Shown here: positions 47,429 to 59,500 of the stretch, in pieces | How positions within the stretch are numbered: position 1 is the first letter of the stretch | How the letters are laid out: each line of letters begins with the position of its first letter | Virus record (IMG/VR): IMGVR_UViG_3300042473_001540 | Coordinates: 124,001-188,000 of that record | Length of the DNA stretch: 64,000 nucleotides | Reading direction: 5' to 3' (one strand) | Notes under the pieces: generated by a model | Told to the model about the DNA's origin: nothing | The model's database searches: none | Seen by the model: only the letters and a program-made list of their open reading frames with translations | Made by a program: the position numbers and the translations under genes

Positions 47429-47569
47429 AGCTACTGCGTTCCTTTCATATGCACTAGCAAGGTTGCGATCCTCAAAAGGATTTATGATACCTCAAGCCAA
47501 ATCAACTTTCTACGTGTAAGGTTGTTTGTGAATCAGTCTTCCCCGCGTGCACGTCTATAGCACCATAGG

Positions 47570-47609
47570 TGAAAACGGAGGACAATATGCCCTCCGTTTT
47601 CATGTTTTT
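47570..47609. terminator. terminator-like hairpin at the end of the inverted island
   Basis: TGAAAACGGAGG / CCTCCGTTTTCA 12-bp stem. Confidence 0.7.
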
Positions 47610-47621
47610 GCATAACTTAAA

Positions 47622-47930
47622 TTATCCGTTCAAAATGGTCTTGATACGTGTAATGAGATCTTCGTTGCGCCAAGTGTCCCTTATAGCATCATACGCATCA
47701 TTGTCCCACACTGTAATCCCTCGACGACTGCTTCCTCTTGTTTGCGTGCTGCCATCTGGTCTTGTGTCAGTAACAAATGGCCCAAGCTCAATCTCAGCCC
47801 GCACAGAACGGTTCACAATGCTTTCATAAATTTCAGCAATAACAAACTCATTTGTTACTACTCTTTCACTTAAAACAATTTCAGTAGTTATTGTTTGTGG
47901 ATCAATAATTGATCCCACTGTCTCACTCAT
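47622..47930 (-). CDS. hypothetical protein (late; possible fibre accessory)
   Basis: 102 aa, AAGGAG SD, exact TATAAATA at 47955-47962 on minus strand. Confidence 0.7.
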   Translation of the reverse strand: MSETVGSIIDPQTITTEIVLSERVVTNEFVIAEIYESIVNRSVRAEIELGPFVTDTRPDGSTQTRGSSRRGITVWDNDAYDAIRDTWRNEDLITRIKTILNG

Positions 47931-47957
47931 GTTTTTTTCTCCTTGGATATAACATAT

Positions 47958-48833
47958 TTATATAACTTTATTGAACTCTAGTGCAGTTAGCAAGGATTTT
48001 ATTATGTCGTTGAAACGGCATTCGTTAAGTAACCCGTGTAATTGATATTTTTCAATAATAGATGTTGGTTGTCCTGAACTCATACACAAGTCGTGTAAAT
48101 CTTCTCCCCATTTCTCAATAAAAGTTTGCATATACAACCGGTTACGCAGTTGAGTTTCAGCTAAGGTTTCCGCCCCGTTCCAACTACTGCAACCGTTGAA
48201 GTGTAGCAAATAACTGCTGCAATATTTGATTTCAAAGCCTTTTTGAAGTAGGCGCAATCTATAGTCCACATCTTCACCTCCCATGTTGAACGCTTCATCA
48301 AAGCCTCCAACTTCTTGGTAAATTAGACGTGGAATTCTACATACATAGGTGGGCATGAGAAGGCGCTCAAAAGGTGCTGGTGACCGTGCAGCATGTGTGT
48401 GAGCAGCTACATTCAAATGTAGAAATCTACCACCAAATTGCTGTAGATTTAAGGTAGGGTCAAAGCCATAAAAATGAGTTTGATTACAACTGGGAATGCT
48501 CACTGTCCTGTCATTTATCACTAGACGGGTAGCCCACTTGGGGGTAAAAACAACATCATTGCTGAGGAAAACTAAATCTGCATATTGTTCATCAGCCCAT
48601 CTCAGCAATTGATTGATATTTGTGCTAAAATTCTGAGGGTTTGAATTCACATATACTAGGTTGGGATCAAAACAGTCCAAATGCCAGTTTTTAGTCCATT
48701 CTCCGTCGTTGTCAATCAACACAAACCTATCTTCTGCAGATAATTTTGTGTGTTTGAAAAAACTTGTAAGGGCTACATGTGTATATTGGTTGCTGCTTGC
48801 AACAGTTATCATCCCATATAAGGTGCCTGCCAT
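47958..48833 (-). CDS. GT2 family glycosyltransferase
   Basis: LIDN, LSNDV, VGGFDE.F..GGEDVDY.LRL. Confidence 0.85.
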   Translation of the reverse strand: MAGTLYGMITVASSNQYTHVALTSFFKHTKLSAEDRFVLIDNDGEWTKNWHLDCFDPNLVYVNSNPQNFSTNINQLLRWADEQYADLVFLSNDVVFTPKWATRLVINDRTVSIPSCNQTHFYGFDPTLNLQQFGGRFLHLNVAAHTHAARSPAPFERLLMPTYVCRIPRLIYQEVGGFDEAFNMGGEDVDYRLRLLQKGFEIKYCSSYLLHFNGCSSWNGAETLAETQLRNRLYMQTFIEKWGEDLHDLCMSSGQPTSIIEKYQLHGLLNECRFNDIIKSLLTALEFNKVI

Positions 48834-48839
48834 TTATAA

Positions 48840-49276
48840 TTGCTTTCTTGTAGGTGTATGAAACTTCCAGTGTTGCATACTTTTGTTAAAAGATCTGCTA
48901 TATGCGTGAATCTAGAGGATATTTTGTAATTCTAAGCTGTTTCATTACCAAAAAATCATAAGGTAATTACAGATCCTACAACACAGTCGTCAAGTCTCTT
49001 GGAGAATTGGTAGTAGCGACCACTTTTTTTGGACTGTATGCTATCCAATATCAAACTCATTGTGAGTATTTGCCGGCGTCGATCTCAAGTTATTTGTGCA
49101 ACCACACCAACAGGGCTGTTGATGTCTCTTATAAGGATGTGCACAAAACTATGCAAAGGATCACTTATAGTGGCAGAGAACTTTGGATTTTGTTTAATTA
49201 TGCTGTTGAGCAGTGGGCTACCTGCTCCAGGTAACGCACTGCTCAAGTGAAACTCTTTTAAATTTACTGTTTGCAT
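48840..49276 (-). pseudogene. decayed sulfotransferase gene
   Basis: SALPGAGSPLLNSIIKQNP resembles the 5'-PSB motif GLPRSGSTLL..IL.QNP; frame breaks at 49085, DRRRQIL continues in another frame, then several stops. Confidence 0.7.
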
Positions 49277-50961
49277 ACTAACATTCCCAGATCGGGAAGA
49301 TACAGGTAGTGGATATCACAGTTGAAGATTGTTATCAAGGCGTCTACCAGTGTTTCCACCAATGGCTGCCCAGCTAGATTGAAACTAGTGTTAAACAGCA
49401 ACGGTGTTTCGGTTTGTTGCCGAAAAGCATCTAGCAGCTGATACAAATGCAAGTTTTGCTCGCTGGTGACAGTTTGTACTCTGCAGGTGCCATCCACATG
49501 TGTAACTGCAGGAATCAACTCTCTTTGGCTTTCCTTCACATTTACAGCATACATCATGTAAGGGCTTTCATTGAGATTGCGCATGTCAAACCAGTCATTT
49601 GCATGTTCTGCCATCACACTCGCAGCAAAAGGGCGGAACCATTCACGATTTTTAACTTGGTTAACAATATCCTTGCCGTTGGTTACTCGAGGATCAAAAA
49701 GAATGCTTCTGTTGCCTAGTGCACGAGGCCCACCTTCACTAGCGCCTTGAAACAAAGCCACAATATTGCCTTCTGCCAGCAGTAGTGCCACTTCAGCAGG
49801 TGATGTGTCTCTCATGCTGATACCTTCAACAGAAGCAATAGTGGTTTCAATCTGATTATAGTCTGGCAACACACTCAAGTAGAGATGAGAGAGTGGTTGA
49901 GGTGTAGTATCTTGGCTCAGAACATAATAAGCATGCCGAGCTAAACCAATGGCTGTTCCACCATCATGTGCAATGGGATCAATGTAAAACTCAATATTAG
50001 GGAAACGTTCTAGATATTTGTAGTTGGCAACACAGTTGAGTGCATAACCACCACTGATTACAATGCGATTTTCTCCAGTAATGTCAATAGCACGCTCAAT
50101 CAACTTCACCATCTGCTCTTCAGTTTCTTTCTGCACATGGTAGGCTAGATTCTTGTCTTGATCTCGCACTAATTCAAAGTTATTATGCCAGTCACTTGGT
50201 TGTGTGTATCTACGCAAGTAAGGAAATCTATTCTCGTCAATGTGTGCGCCGGTGGGATATCGAGGAATCAACAAGTTCTTGTTGCCTTTATTGTTGATGA
50301 AAAAGGCAGGAATGTTGCTGTCTTCTTGGCCATAAGGAGCTAGTCCCATGGTCTTCCCAGCTTCAATAGCCCCAAATCCTAAATAATCACTTACACTCTC
50401 GTATGCCTTAACAATAGTAACATTATTATCAAATTCTTGGATACCGTTGTCGTAGTAGAGGCTGGTTTCCGCACCGTCACTGTATCTTTTGTAAACTGCG
50501 TTGAACTCATGTGGATAGCTGCAATGATAGATGCTTTCAGTTTCAAAACCCCCAGTAAGTGGTAGTCCTTCTCCCATGCTTTCTTGCACATAGCTTCCGG
50601 CCCCATCTACGACCAAGGCGCATGCTGTTTCAAAACCACTGCCATAGAAGGCATTAGCTGCATGACCCAAGTGATGTAGATGGCCCATTAGGGTAACTTG
50701 CACATTAGGACTGAATTTGCGAGCTAATGCAGCATAGGCATTCTCGTTAGTCCAAGGAAGAGTAACCCAATTAGTGGTGGTCCCACCAATGATCAAGTGG
50801 TCTACCAAATGATTAGTTAGTACCCATAGCATGGCTCTAAATGGATTACCGTCATACTTTAGGCGACTCCATCGTTCTTCCTCGCTATAAAACAGCAACT
50901 TACCGTCTTCAACAAGCGCCACACTGCTGTTGTGACCGGGATTGATGGCCATTATTTTCAT
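49264..50961 (-). CDS. O-carbamoyltransferase (NodU/CmcH/TobZ family)
   Basis: GHNSS, EEERWSRLK, HHLGHA, VDGAG, GKTMGLAPYG, GGYALNC.AN, GPRALGNRS, RPFA, NTSFN. Confidence 0.93.
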   Translation of the reverse strand: MKIMAINPGHNSSVALVEDGKLLFYSEEERWSRLKYDGNPFRAMLWVLTNHLVDHLIIGGTTTNWVTLPWTNENAYAALARKFSPNVQVTLMGHLHHLGHAANAFYGSGFETACALVVDGAGSYVQESMGEGLPLTGGFETESIYHCSYPHEFNAVYKRYSDGAETSLYYDNGIQEFDNNVTIVKAYESVSDYLGFGAIEAGKTMGLAPYGQEDSNIPAFFINNKGNKNLLIPRYPTGAHIDENRFPYLRRYTQPSDWHNNFELVRDQDKNLAYHVQKETEEQMVKLIERAIDITGENRIVISGGYALNCVANYKYLERFPNIEFYIDPIAHDGGTAIGLARHAYYVLSQDTTPQPLSHLYLSVLPDYNQIETTIASVEGISMRDTSPAEVALLLAEGNIVALFQGASEGGPRALGNRSILFDPRVTNGKDIVNQVKNREWFRPFAASVMAEHANDWFDMRNLNESPYMMYAVNVKESQRELIPAVTHVDGTCRVQTVTSEQNLHLYQLLDAFRQQTETPLLFNTSFNLAGQPLVETLVDALITIFNCDIHYLYLPDLGMLVCKQ

Positions 50962-51893
50962 CAGCGTGTTTTCCTTTCAATATCTGCAACAATCTTTTGA
51001 TAGATGTCGTCTAGTTCTTTGGTTGAGAATTTCATTGTGCCTTCATTCAGCCTATTGCTGAGATTTACGTCCAGACCAGCAATACGAATAGGACTATATT
51101 TCCTAGCAGCAGGCTTTTCAATTATTTGAAAGTAATCTGGATAGCTGGTGTTCTTGGGAAACGTACTCCCAATAATTACTGTGCCTGGTACTCCAGAGGC
51201 TCTAGCAATATGCTGGCCTACACTGTCACATCCTACAAAATAGTCAGAGTTGGCAACTAGAGCTGACCAAACTCTTAAATCAGCAGTGTATTTGGCACTC
51301 CAGTTGTCGTCTTTCAATTGAAAGTCAGGCTCGCCAAAAAAGATCATGTTGTATTTTTGATTAAGACGCCGGCTCAGGCTCAAATAGTCGTTTGAGCTTA
51401 AGCTTCTGCTTTCTTCGTCAATCACTGTGGCACGATCCAGTTTGGCACCACGGCCAAAGGGTTGAAATACAATAGTTTTGTTCTTTTTGCTCACACTTTT
51501 GAGATCAGCTATGGTATTCTTGGCTACTAGAGTTTCTTGTTGATTGAATGCCAAGCGTGGTGGCAATAAATCACTGTGATCTGTAGTTTGGTTGATTTCC
51601 CTGTCAAAAGCTTCAGCCAAACTTATCTCTTGCCTAAAATATGCTGGGATACGATAAGGCTCCGGGGTTACTATTTGATCAGCATTCTTGACTACGTTGT
51701 CAAAAACACCTTTTGTATCAAGATTGTAGGTGCGATCTTGCAGCTCGGGAATACCCCAGTATAAGAAATCCCATGCCCCAACCAACACAGCCCATTCGCT
51801 GTTGGGATGCAATCGACCGTATTTGATTAATGCAGGAATAGCGGTGATTACTCTACCAGCACCACCGTCTATCCAAAATATCTTTTTTGTCAT
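50961..51893 (-). CDS. GT-B (GT9-like) glycosyltransferase
   Basis: DGGAGRVI.AIPAL, FQPFG, FVGCDSVGQHIA. Confidence 0.65.
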   Translation of the reverse strand: MTKKIFWIDGGAGRVITAIPALIKYGRLHPNSEWAVLVGAWDFLYWGIPELQDRTYNLDTKGVFDNVVKNADQIVTPEPYRIPAYFRQEISLAEAFDREINQTTDHSDLLPPRLAFNQQETLVAKNTIADLKSVSKKNKTIVFQPFGRGAKLDRATVIDEESRSLSSNDYLSLSRRLNQKYNMIFFGEPDFQLKDDNWSAKYTADLRVWSALVANSDYFVGCDSVGQHIARASGVPGTVIIGSTFPKNTSYPDYFQIIEKPAARKYSPIRIAGLDVNLSNRLNEGTMKFSTKELDDIYQKIVADIERKTR

Positions 51894-52015
51894 TCTAGTT
51901 CCTCGAAGCTTCAAGATATTATAAGGCAAATTGACTATTTTTGCCAAAATTTAAGATTCATCTGCCTATAATAGACTAAAAAGCTGTTGAGAACTTGACC
52001 AACACTTGTAGGTAG

Positions 52016-52714
52016 TCACAATTGCCGGCCTTTTGTCTGTCCCAGCCCTGTGTACCATTGTAGGAAGTCACCCTGATATTGCTTATAGCCGCCGTGCTTG
52101 CAAGTGATTGTGGTGTCAAGATATATGGGAAATCCGCCTTCCTGAAGTTTTTCAAACATACGTATGTCCTCACTCATAAGACCGGTGTTGGTAACTATCA
52201 CATCACAGATCATTCGGCGTTGCTTCATGTCTTTGGGATCAATATAGGCTTGACTGGTGTTCCACAAATGGTTTATAGCTTGTCGACTCATGCGTGCAAA
52301 TCCTGTGCCCAAGCCATCAACTTCCATCAAACCAGTTTGCGGGTCAATAGGGCGTTTAGTCATTTGTCTTACAACATATTCTGGACGATCCCCTTTTTTG
52401 GGATATGTGCCACCCACAACATCTACAGGATGATCCAGTAGTTTAAAAAACTGTTGCGGGGTCCATTCAATATCTTGATCAATCCATACGAGATCATCAA
52501 CACCGATCTCATATGCTAATTGCAAGGTGTCATTTCTAGCTCTTTGAATCAATGCATCGAAGCTGACCCATAAGGGTAAAAGTTCAATGTTTCTTTTTTC
52601 AGCAGCTTTAGTAGTATAAAATAAACTGCTAGTGTAGCTGACCTCTACCTTGCCATCATAGCTAGGGGTGCCTATCATTACTCTGCGACGAGTTGATTGA
52701 TTAAAATTTGCCAT
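52016..52714 (-). CDS. GT-A fold glycosyltransferase-like protein
   Basis: IGTPSY, IQRARN, WIDQD (DxD), GTGF, SED. Confidence 0.75.
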   Translation of the reverse strand: MANFNQSTRRRVMIGTPSYDGKVEVSYTSSLFYTTKAAEKRNIELLPLWVSFDALIQRARNDTLQLAYEIGVDDLVWIDQDIEWTPQQFFKLLDHPVDVVGGTYPKKGDRPEYVVRQMTKRPIDPQTGLMEVDGLGTGFARMSRQAINHLWNTSQAYIDPKDMKQRRMICDVIVTNTGLMSEDIRMFEKLQEGGFPIYLDTTITCKHGGYKQYQGDFLQWYTGLGQTKGRQL

Positions 52715-53586
52715 TCGTGTATTCTAGTGTTCCAACTGTAGAGTTTGTCAAATAATAATGCTTGATTTTGCCATTGAGGGTTATTTGAATCATATTTGCT
52801 CAATTGGTTATCAAGAGATTTAGCAAAGGCTGCTGACAATACCCGTTTGTTGGTAGTATAGTCTACAAAACAAGCACTTTCGCCAAGGGTTTCTTCAAGA
52901 GCACCAAGTCGAGTGGTGACCACCTGGCACCCAGCACTAGCAGCCTCTATTGCTGAGATGCAGCTGGTTTCTGGGAAAGTGCTGGGATATACCCATAAGT
53001 GACTGCCTTGCAATCTCTTTCTCACAGCTTGATTGAGCCCGTAACCAACATACTGGATTTGAGTGTGCTGGCGACAGCGATCAAACAAAGACTGATAGCC
53101 TCTCATGGTGCTGTCACTGAAACCTTTGCCATAGATAATGGTGCTGCTGTAAACTGTGAGACGCCAGTTTTGATATTGCAGTTGGTCTACAGCATCCAGC
53201 AACACATCAAGTCCTCTCCAAGGAGTGCTGGTGTAGATCATTTCAATTTGCTGAGAGGCGGGTTTGAGTTGCCAATTGAAAGAGTGTATGGCATTGCGGA
53301 TCACAACTGTTTTGTTTGGATCTATGCCAAAATAGTTTATCCATTTTATACGTTGCCATTCACTTACAAATATCCAGCAAGCAACAGCCTGTTGAAACTG
53401 TGGATTAGCCGCACCTTGACTGGCCTCTTGGTCGGTGTCGAGATGCTGCCAAACAACGTTCTTTTTGTTGGGATCTATTTGATGTAAGCTGCAATTGCTT
53501 ACTATGAGATTCAACGATGTTGGCCAACCTCCCAGTTGTTGAGAGAGATTGGCCATCATGAGTTCAGTGCCACCGCGTGGGATCAT
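52678..53586 (-). CDS. GT4-like glycosyltransferase
   Basis: RGGTE, YTSTPWRGL, YPSTFPETSCISAIEA..AG. Confidence 0.82.
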   Translation of the reverse strand: MIPRGGTELMMANLSQQLGGWPTSLNLIVSNCSLHQIDPNKKNVVWQHLDTDQEASQGAANPQFQQAVACWIFVSEWQRIKWINYFGIDPNKTVVIRNAIHSFNWQLKPASQQIEMIYTSTPWRGLDVLLDAVDQLQYQNWRLTVYSSTIIYGKGFSDSTMRGYQSLFDRCRQHTQIQYVGYGLNQAVRKRLQGSHLWVYPSTFPETSCISAIEAASAGCQVVTTRLGALEETLGESACFVDYTTNKRVLSAAFAKSLDNQLSKYDSNNPQWQNQALLFDKLYSWNTRIHEWQILINQLVAE

Positions 53587-53597
53587 AAGCCTAAAGT

Positions 53598-56500
53598 CTA
53601 CACACCTTTGGCAGTGAGTGCAAGTTCAAGAGCTGTCACACGCTGATTGAGCTGATCGTTGCTTTCAGCCAACTCTTGCACAGCTCGAATCAACACAGGG
53701 AACACGTTAGCTACTGTGGCTTCAAGCTTCTCTGGGTTGTCCTCAAGCACCAAATGCAGCCAGTCTTGTAGATTATATCGATTGCTGACTTCCAGTACTT
53801 CTTGAGCAATAAATCCAGCGCTCTTGACCCCTACTCGGCTGCCATCTCTAGTATTCCATGTGAATTTTACTGGACGTAGATCACGTATCAGCTGCAATCC
53901 CAAAGGAATATCTTCGATGTCAGTTTTGTCTCTAGCATCAGACAAAGCAGTAATAGTAGTTACCTGAGCTCGCAGTGTAGTAATGCTGGAATCACCAAAA
54001 GTTATTGTGTTGTTGCTGGTTGCTGTTGCTCCACTTGCACCGCATCCCAAAAACACGTTGTTACTGCCATTTGTGTTGCTCGTACCTGCTGATCGTCCTA
54101 TTGCAGTGTTGTTTGTGCCATTGGTATTCTGCTGTAGGGCAGCGCCGCCAATTGCTATGTTTGAATTGGTGGTATTGTTCCTTAGAGCACATGCCCCCAA
54201 TGCAATGTTGTCACTGCCACAAAAGTTAGTGCCAAGGGCATCAAAGCCCAGGCCTATATTATTGATACCACTTGTATTAAATTGGAGTGCCCAACAACCA
54301 ACTGCAATGTTATTGCTACCAGTTGTATTGCATCGTAGAGCACAAGCACCGATAGCTGTATTATTACTACCATTTTGGTTGCAACAAAGCGCAGCTAGGC
54401 CAAATGCCATGTTAAATAGCCCAGTGCTGCTGGTATTGGATGTGCCTATTTTATAACTGCTAGTGCAGTCCAAACACGCATATCCACAACAGCCCACAGG
54501 GTTGCCGTTTATAGCAAATCCATTCCCATCTATAGCCAGTCGCAGACAACTGCCAGCAGCAATCAGCACACAAGATACACTGCCTGCTGCTGGTGTTACA
54601 TTGCCAATTACCGTGTTGTTGAACCCAGTTGTGATCAGACTTCCAGCGTTTTGGCCAATTGCTATGTTACATGTTCCAGTGGTGTTGGCAGTCAGCGCAC
54701 CAATACCCAGTGCTATGTTACCAGTCCCAGTAGTATTCTGCTGTAGGGCAGCGCCGCCAATTGCTATGTTTGAATTGGTGGTATTGTTCCTTAGAGCACA
54801 TGCCCCCAATGCAATGTTGTCACAGCCACCAGGGTTAATTCCAAGGGCATCAAAGCCCATGCCTATGTTATTGTTACCACTTGTATTAAATTGGAGTGCT
54901 AAACAACCAACTGCAATGTTGTGACACCCGCTAGTATTGCATCGTAGAGCAGACGCACCGATAGCTGTATTGCTACAACCATTACGGTTGCAACAAAGCG
55001 CAGCTAGGCCAAATGCCATGTTAAATAGCCCAGTGCTGCTGGTATTGGATGTGCCTATTTTATAACTGCTAGTGCAGTCCAAACACGCATATCCACAACA
55101 GCCCACAGGGTTGCCGTTTATAGCAAATCCATTCCCATCTATAGCCAGTCGCAGACAACTGCCAGCAGCAATCAGCACACAAGATACACTGCCTGCTGCT
55201 GGTGTTACATTGCCAATTACCGTGTTGTTGAACCCAGTTGTGATCAGACTTCCAGCGTTTTGGCCAATTGCTATGTTACATGTTCCAGTGGTGTTGGCAG
55301 TCAGCGCACCAATACCCAGTGCTATGTTACCAGTCCCAGTAGTATTCTGCGATAGGGCAAAGTAACCAATTGCTATGTTGCAACCGGTGGTGTTTGAGCA
55401 AAGGGCCAATGCCCCCAATGCTATGTTGTCACTTCCATTCAAGTTAGTGCCTAGGGCATTAACTCCCATGCCTATGTTATTGCAACCTAGTGTGTTGAAT
55501 TGAAGTGCCAAACAACCAATTGCAATATTATGAGACCCGTTCTGGTTGCATCGTAGAGCAGACGCACCGATAGCTGTATTGCTACAACCAGTTAAATTAC
55601 AACAAAGCGCCCCTTGGCCAAATGCCATGTTAAATGTCCCAGCACTGCTGGACATAAATGTGCCTATTTTATAACTGGAAGTGCAGTCCAAACATGCATA
55701 TCCACAGCTACCAATAGATGCTCCATTAACATAAAGCCCAGTTCCGTCTACTCGCAGTCGTTCACATGCGCCAGCACCAATCAATACAGTGCAAACCAAA
55801 CCCCCGGTGCCAGACAAATTGCCAATTACCGTGTTGTTGAACCCAGTGGTTATTAGGGAGCCAGCGTTTTGGCCAATTGCTATGTTACATGTTCCAGTGG
55901 TGTTGGCAGTCAGCGCACCAATACCCAGTGCTATGTTAAATGTGCCATTGGTATTCTGCTGTAGGGCAGCGCCGCCAATTGCTATGTTTGAATTGGTAAG
56001 ATTGTTCCTTAGAGCACATGCCCCCAATGCAATGTTGTCACAGCCACCAGGGTTAATGCCAAGGGCATCAAAGCCCATGCCTATGTTATTGTTACCAGTT
56101 AGGTTTAATTGGAGTGCCAAACAACCAACTGCAATGTTATTGCTACCAGCAGTATTGCATCGTAGAGCAGACGCACCGATAGCTGTATTGCTACTACCAT
56201 TACGGTTGCAACAAAGCGCACCTAGGCCAAATGCCATGTTATATAACCCAGTGCTGCTGGACATAAATGTGCCTATTTTATAACTGCTAGTGCAGTCCAA
56301 AGACGCATATCCACAGCTACCAATAGATGCCCCATTAACATAAAGCCCACTTGAGTCTACTTTCAGTCGTTCACAACTGCCAGCACCAATCAATACAGTG
56401 TTATTCAAACCCGTAGTGCCAGACAAATTGCCAATTATTGTGTTGTTAGATCCAGTTACAACATTTCCAGCTCCTTGGCCAATTGCTATGTTACATGTTC

Positions 56501-59500
56501 CAACGGCGTTTGCACTCAGCGCACCAATACCCAGTGCTATGTTAAATGTGCCACTGCAATTCTGCTGTAGGGCAGCGCCGCCAATTGCTATGTTTGAATT
56601 GGTCTGATTGTTCCTTAGAGCACATGCCCCCAATGCAATGTTGTCACTGCCACCAGAGGTAGTGCCAAGGGTGCCAAGGGCATCAAAGCCCATGCCTATG
56701 TTATTGTTACCACTTGTATTAAATTGGAGTGCCAGACAACCAACTGCAATGTTATTGCTACCAGTTGTATTGCATCGTAGAGCAGACGCACCGATAGCTG
56801 TATTATTACTACCATTTAGATTAAGACAAAGCGCAGCTAGGCCAAATGCCATGTTATATAACCCAGTGCTGCTGGACATAAATGTGCCTATTTTATAACT
56901 GCTATAGACGTCCAAACACGCATATCCACAGCTACCAATAGATGCCCCATTAACATAAAGCCCACTTGAGTCTACTTTCAGTCGTTCACAACTGCCAGCA
57001 CCAATCAATACAGTGTTATTCAAACCCGTAGTGCCAGACAAATTGCCAATTATTGTGTTGTTAGATCCAGTTACAACATTTCCAGCTCCTTGGCCAATTG
57101 CTATGTTACATGTTCCAACGGCGTTTGCACTCAGCGCACCAATACCCAGTGCTATGTTAAATGTGCCACTGCAATTCTGCTGTAGGGCAGCGCCGCCAAT
57201 TGCTATGTTTGAATTGGTCTGATTGTTCCTTAGAGCACATGCCCCCAATGCAATGTTGTCACTGCCACCAGAGGTAGTGCCAAGGGTGCCAAGGGCATCA
57301 AAGCCCATGCCTATGTTATTGTTACCAGTTAGGTTAAGTTGGAGTGCTAAACAACCAACTGCAATATTGTGACACCCGCTAGTATTGCATCGTAGAGCAG
57401 ACGCACCGATAGCTGTATTGCTACAACCATTTCGGTTACAACAAAGCGCACCTTGGCCAAATGCCATGTTAAATGTCCCAGTGCTGCTGGTATTGAATGT
57501 GCCTATTTTATAACTGCTAGTGCAGTCCAAACACGCATATCCGCAACAGCCCACACCGCTGCCGTTTATAGCAAATCCATTCACATCTATAGCCAGTCGC
57601 TGACAACTGCCAGCAGCAATCAGCACACAACATACACTGCCGGCTGCTGGTGACAAATTGCCAATTATTGTGTTGTTGAACCCAGTTGTGATCAGACTTC
57701 CAGCGAGTTGGCCAATTGCTATGTTACATATTCCAGCGGTGTTTGCAGTCAGCGCACCAATACCCAGTGCTATGTTAAATGTGCCACTGGTATTCTGCTG
57801 TAGGGCAGCGCCGCCAATTGCTATGTTTGAATTGGTAATATTGTTCCTTAGAGCACATGCCCCCAATGCAATGTTGTCACTGCCATTAAAATTAGTGCCA
57901 AGGGCATCAAAGCCCATGCCTATGTTATTGTTACCACTTGTATTAAATTGGAGTGCCAAACAACCAACTGCAATGTTATTGCTACCAGTTGTATTGCATC
58001 GTAGAGCACTCGCACCGATAGCTGTATTGCTACAACCATTTCGGTTACAACAAAGCGCACCTTGGCCAAAAGCAAAGTTGTTTGTTCCTGTACTGACTGT
58101 AAGGCCGTTACCAACCTTATAGCTGGCATAGATGTCCAAATTGGCAGTAGTAGCCGCAACACCTGTTAAAGCAGCGCCGCAACCAAAATAACATCTTGCA
58201 CACACGTCCCCTGTGCCGTTGTTGACAACCAAACAGTTTGCGTCAACTCTTAGTCTTTCGTTTGTTCCAGCGCCTATCAACACTGTGTTCACACAATCAG
58301 CTGTGCCAGCCAAGTTACCAATTACTGTATTACTGCACCCAGTTGTTATTGAAAAACCTGCACAAACGCCTATACCAATGTTGCTGTTACCAGTTGTGTT
58401 GCAGTTCAGGGCCATGAATCCAAGTGCTGTATTGAAACAGCCTATAGTATTTGACTTAAGACTATTCCCGCCAACCGCAGTATTGCACAAACCTATTGTG
58501 TTAGCTGTAAGGCTGCAAGTGCCTATACCAACATTTTCCACTCCTGTGGTATTGGCGTCTACAGCATAAGCCCCAATTCCAATGTTGTTAAAGCCTGAGG
58601 TATTAGCCCCCAATGCAAAGGCACCAAAACCTATGTTTTGGCATCCTATTGTATTGTTTTGAAGTACTTGCTCACCAACCGCAGTGTTGTAGCCACCAGT
58701 TGTAGTCCTTCTCAAGGCAAAATGTCCCAGAGCCACATTGGCTGTTCCCTGTGTGCCACTTACGCAACAAAGAGCCCCGTTACCAACACCAATGTTACCA
58801 CACGGCCCGCCTCCTAACATCATGGTGTCAATGCCTATTGCGATATTACTGCGCCCAGTTGTGCTTGCACACATGCTGCTGCTGCCAAATGCCAAGTTTT
58901 GACATCCAAAACCGTTGTTGACCAAAGCTAGACAACCAACTGCAATGTTATCTGCTCCAGTAGCAGTAGTATTGCCAGCATTATATCCCAACTGCACATT
59001 CGACCCAACAGGAGTGTTGGCATAAACTGTCCCCAAACTTGTGGGAGTAGCAGCAGACACACTTCCGCCGCTAATGCCAGTTAAACCAGCACCACAGCCA
59101 AAGAAGCAGCGAGCACACACATCACCAGTGCCATTGTTTACAACTAGACAATTGGCGTCAACACGGATACGTTCAGTAGCCCCTGCGCCAATCAATACAG
59201 TGGCGGTGAGGCCAGCACAACCTGATAAATTACCTATAATAGTATTGCTGGTTCCGGTTGTGATATTACCCCCACTGCTGTTGCCAATTGCTATATTACA
59301 TGCACCAGTAGTTGTGTTGAGTAGCGAAAGAACACCAATGCCAATGTTGCAGTTGCCAGTATTAGCGGCCAAAGCACATCTGCCCATTGCAATGTTACGA
59401 ACTCCTACTGTATTGCTGGCCAAAGCAAATGGCCCAACAGCAACGTTGCTACCACCCGATGTGTTTGCAGCTAGTGAGCATGCGCCAAGAGCAATATTGC

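Noticed and set aside
47430-47570. Possible small RNA or gene between the two terminators
   Set aside because: No convincing frame, tRNA fold or promoter; may be a decayed fragment at the island edge.
54030-58140. Fibre repeats as a diversity-generating retroelement or CRISPR array
   Set aside because: Repeats are in-frame coding units of ~0.6 kb with block-wise differences; no reverse transcriptase, cas gene or repeat-spacer pattern in the window.
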